From Shigella phage SSG23, in sequence record PQ351811: DNA of 64,000 bases. One strand, written 5' to 3'. Position numbers and translations under genes: made by a program. Positions 62,696 through 64,000 of the stretch are shown here, in pieces (the first letter of the stretch is position 1; each line of letters starts with the position of its first letter). Below the pieces are notes generated by a model, which was not told the DNA's origin, made no database searches, and worked only from the letters and a program-made list of their open reading frames with translations.

Positions 62696-62911
62696 ATGAG
62701 CAAATTTAAAGATTATCGAGCATATAAAGCGATCTGCGATATATTCGATGAAAAGACCGCTCATGCAATGATGGAAGATGCAGAACAATATGAATCATTC
62801 GTCAATTCCAAAGATTGCGCAGTAAACGGGATTGTGTGTTGGAAAGATACAAAGTATGAAGAAAAATGGATTACCGTGTATTACGGAGAACTAGAATATG
62901 AAATTAACTAA
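62696..62911 (+). CDS. hypothetical protein (MSKFKDY tandem paralog 2)
   Basis: 71 aa. Confidence 0.4.
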   Translation: MSKFKDYRAYKAICDIFDEKTAHAMMEDAEQYESFVNSKDCAVNGIVCWKDTKYEEKWITVYYGELEYEIN

Positions 62912-63218
62912 AAAGATTTTTCCAGAATTGCGTAACTGTCTGTTACTGGTTACTGAATATAAGCCGTATACGATCTACTTGTACGTTGATGAAAATCTGA
63001 AAATCCGTTACTATGATTATACTTCTCCAGTGATGAAATCATTTGCTCACTCGATCGCAAATAACTGTATGAATCATAATCATTGGGTATCAGAAACGGA
63101 TGACGATGCGTCAGAAGTTGTAGTGGTTGCATGGAATCTATCACCAGCGGAAGCAGATCAAGCACGCATTAAGCATTATGCGAAAAACAATTGGTTTGAC
63201 CTTATAAGTGAGGACTAA
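62898..63218 (+). CDS. hypothetical protein, divergent member of HxHW paralog family
   Basis: 106 aa; ...NHNHWVSETDDDASEVVVVAWN... Confidence 0.4.
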   Translation: MKLTKKIFPELRNCLLLVTEYKPYTIYLYVDENLKIRYYDYTSPVMKSFAHSIANNCMNHNHWVSETDDDASEVVVVAWNLSPAEADQARIKHYAKNNWFDLISED

Positions 63219-63222
63219 TATT

Positions 63223-63501
63223 ATGTTCAAAGTAGGTGATAAGTTTATTCTTAGTCGTGATATTCTCCCTAATCTGAAAGGTTGTATCATCAATCCTAGT
63301 AAAAATTCATGGTTTTATCTGTTTATCGATGATGATCTAAATGTACGCGCCGAATATAAAGAAGGTCTTCGTACTGGTCTAGGCTTCTTTCACGATCATG
63401 ACCATAGCCATTGGCTAAACGGTGGATTCGAAGCAACGGTGTTAGCGGTTGATGTGACTTACACCAACATCATAGAAAAATATCAAAAAATTATTTTATA
63501 A
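63223..63501 (+). CDS. hypothetical protein, member of HxHW...LAVDV paralog family
   Basis: 92 aa; ...HDHSHWLNGGFEATVLAVDV... Confidence 0.45.
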   Translation: MFKVGDKFILSRDILPNLKGCIINPSKNSWFYLFIDDDLNVRAEYKEGLRTGLGFFHDHDHSHWLNGGFEATVLAVDVTYTNIIEKYQKIIL

Positions 63502-63507
63502 AAAGTG

Positions 63508-63536
63508 TTGACACCGGATAGGGGATATAGCATAAT
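63508..63536 (+). promoter_or_regulatory. PeSL-type promoter TTGACA-17-CATAAT inside palindrome GGGGATAT...ATATCCCC
   Basis: Near-identical to 16991-17019. Confidence 0.55.
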
Positions 63537-63582
63537 ATCCCCATCGAAACGAGATACACTTTCTAACTAGGAGAATCAAATT

Positions 63583-63870
63583 ATGGCATACATCACTATC
63601 ACTCTGAAAGTTAACAAATTCGCTCACGCTGCACACGAAACCGACAATGCAATCCGCAACAATAAGTTTGCACGTCTGGTACGCGATGCAGTAGCTAAAG
63701 AGTTCAACTTCAAATTTGCAGATGGTAAAGTTATCACTAAATGGACTCATGACGGCGAAACTAAAGTAGAACTTGCTGACAACTTCGCAAATCAGGAATA
63801 TGCGCACCGTCGCATTAATGAAATTATCAGCGATGAACTCTACTACGGCGTACAGGAAGGACTGTTTTAA
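63583..63870 (+). CDS. hypothetical protein
   Basis: 95-aa ORF. Confidence 0.4.
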   Translation: MAYITITLKVNKFAHAAHETDNAIRNNKFARLVRDAVAKEFNFKFADGKVITKWTHDGETKVELADNFANQEYAHRRINEIISDELYYGVQEGLF

Positions 63871-63874
63871 TATA

Positions 63875-63898
63875 AAGGGGGCTTTAAAGCCCCCTTTT
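63875..63898 (+). terminator. rho-independent terminator
   Basis: AAGGGGG-ctttaaag-CCCCCTT followed by T-run. Confidence 0.7.
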
Positions 63899-63923
63899 CA
63901 TCCAACTATTGAGGATAATACTA

Positions 63924-64000
63924 TGAAAGATATTACTTTTGAGTTTACCCGCGAAATTCTCCCAATGCTTCGAAAGTCTCTACTTAAGCTAGAGAACAGT
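63924..64000 (+). CDS. hypothetical protein, 5' fragment (continues beyond window)
   Basis: RBS GAGGA then ATG 63924; open to window end. Confidence 0.3.

Noticed and set aside
1-64000. tRNA genes or other structured ncRNAs.
   Set aside because: No convincing cloverleaf was found by eye in intergenic regions; a tRNAscan-type search would be needed to exclude them.

Overview
This window is a contiguous segment of a T4-like (Tevenvirinae-type) myovirus genome. The plus strand carries early and middle replication, recombination and nucleotide-metabolism genes in T4-like order: 44 (fragment)-62-regA-43-uvsX-41-61-56-dda-dexA-39 (fused 39/60)-rIIA-rIIB-52, then rnh-33-59-32-frd-td-nrdA-HNH-nrdB-denA-rnlA-pseT-cd-31-30. 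The minus strand (28.97-39.56 kb) carries a late lysis and long-tail-fibre module: holin t-37-36-35-34, with TATAAATA late promoters. Two hyperplastic blocks of small ORFs (about 24.06-28.93 kb and 60.57-63.9 kb) and many intergenic junctions carry near-consensus sigma70-type early promoters (TTGACA-17-TATAAT) built around GC-rich palindromes and followed by a conserved leader and RBS. This resembles the promoter-early-stem-loop (PeSL) cassettes reported for RB49-group phages. No single complete novel system could be established from sequence alone. The strongest candidates for follow-up are a CYTH-domain protein, a NADAR-like protein, a secreted DUF1311/LprI-like protein, a DUF4326 protein sharing the gp33 C-terminal tail, a thymidylate synthase with a roughly 125-aa insertion, a distal tail fibre with a C-terminal intramolecular chaperone domain and no gp38, and several small paralog families. 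All homology calls are by eye against remembered T4 and family motifs, with no database search run; coordinates of small elements may be off by 1-2 nt.
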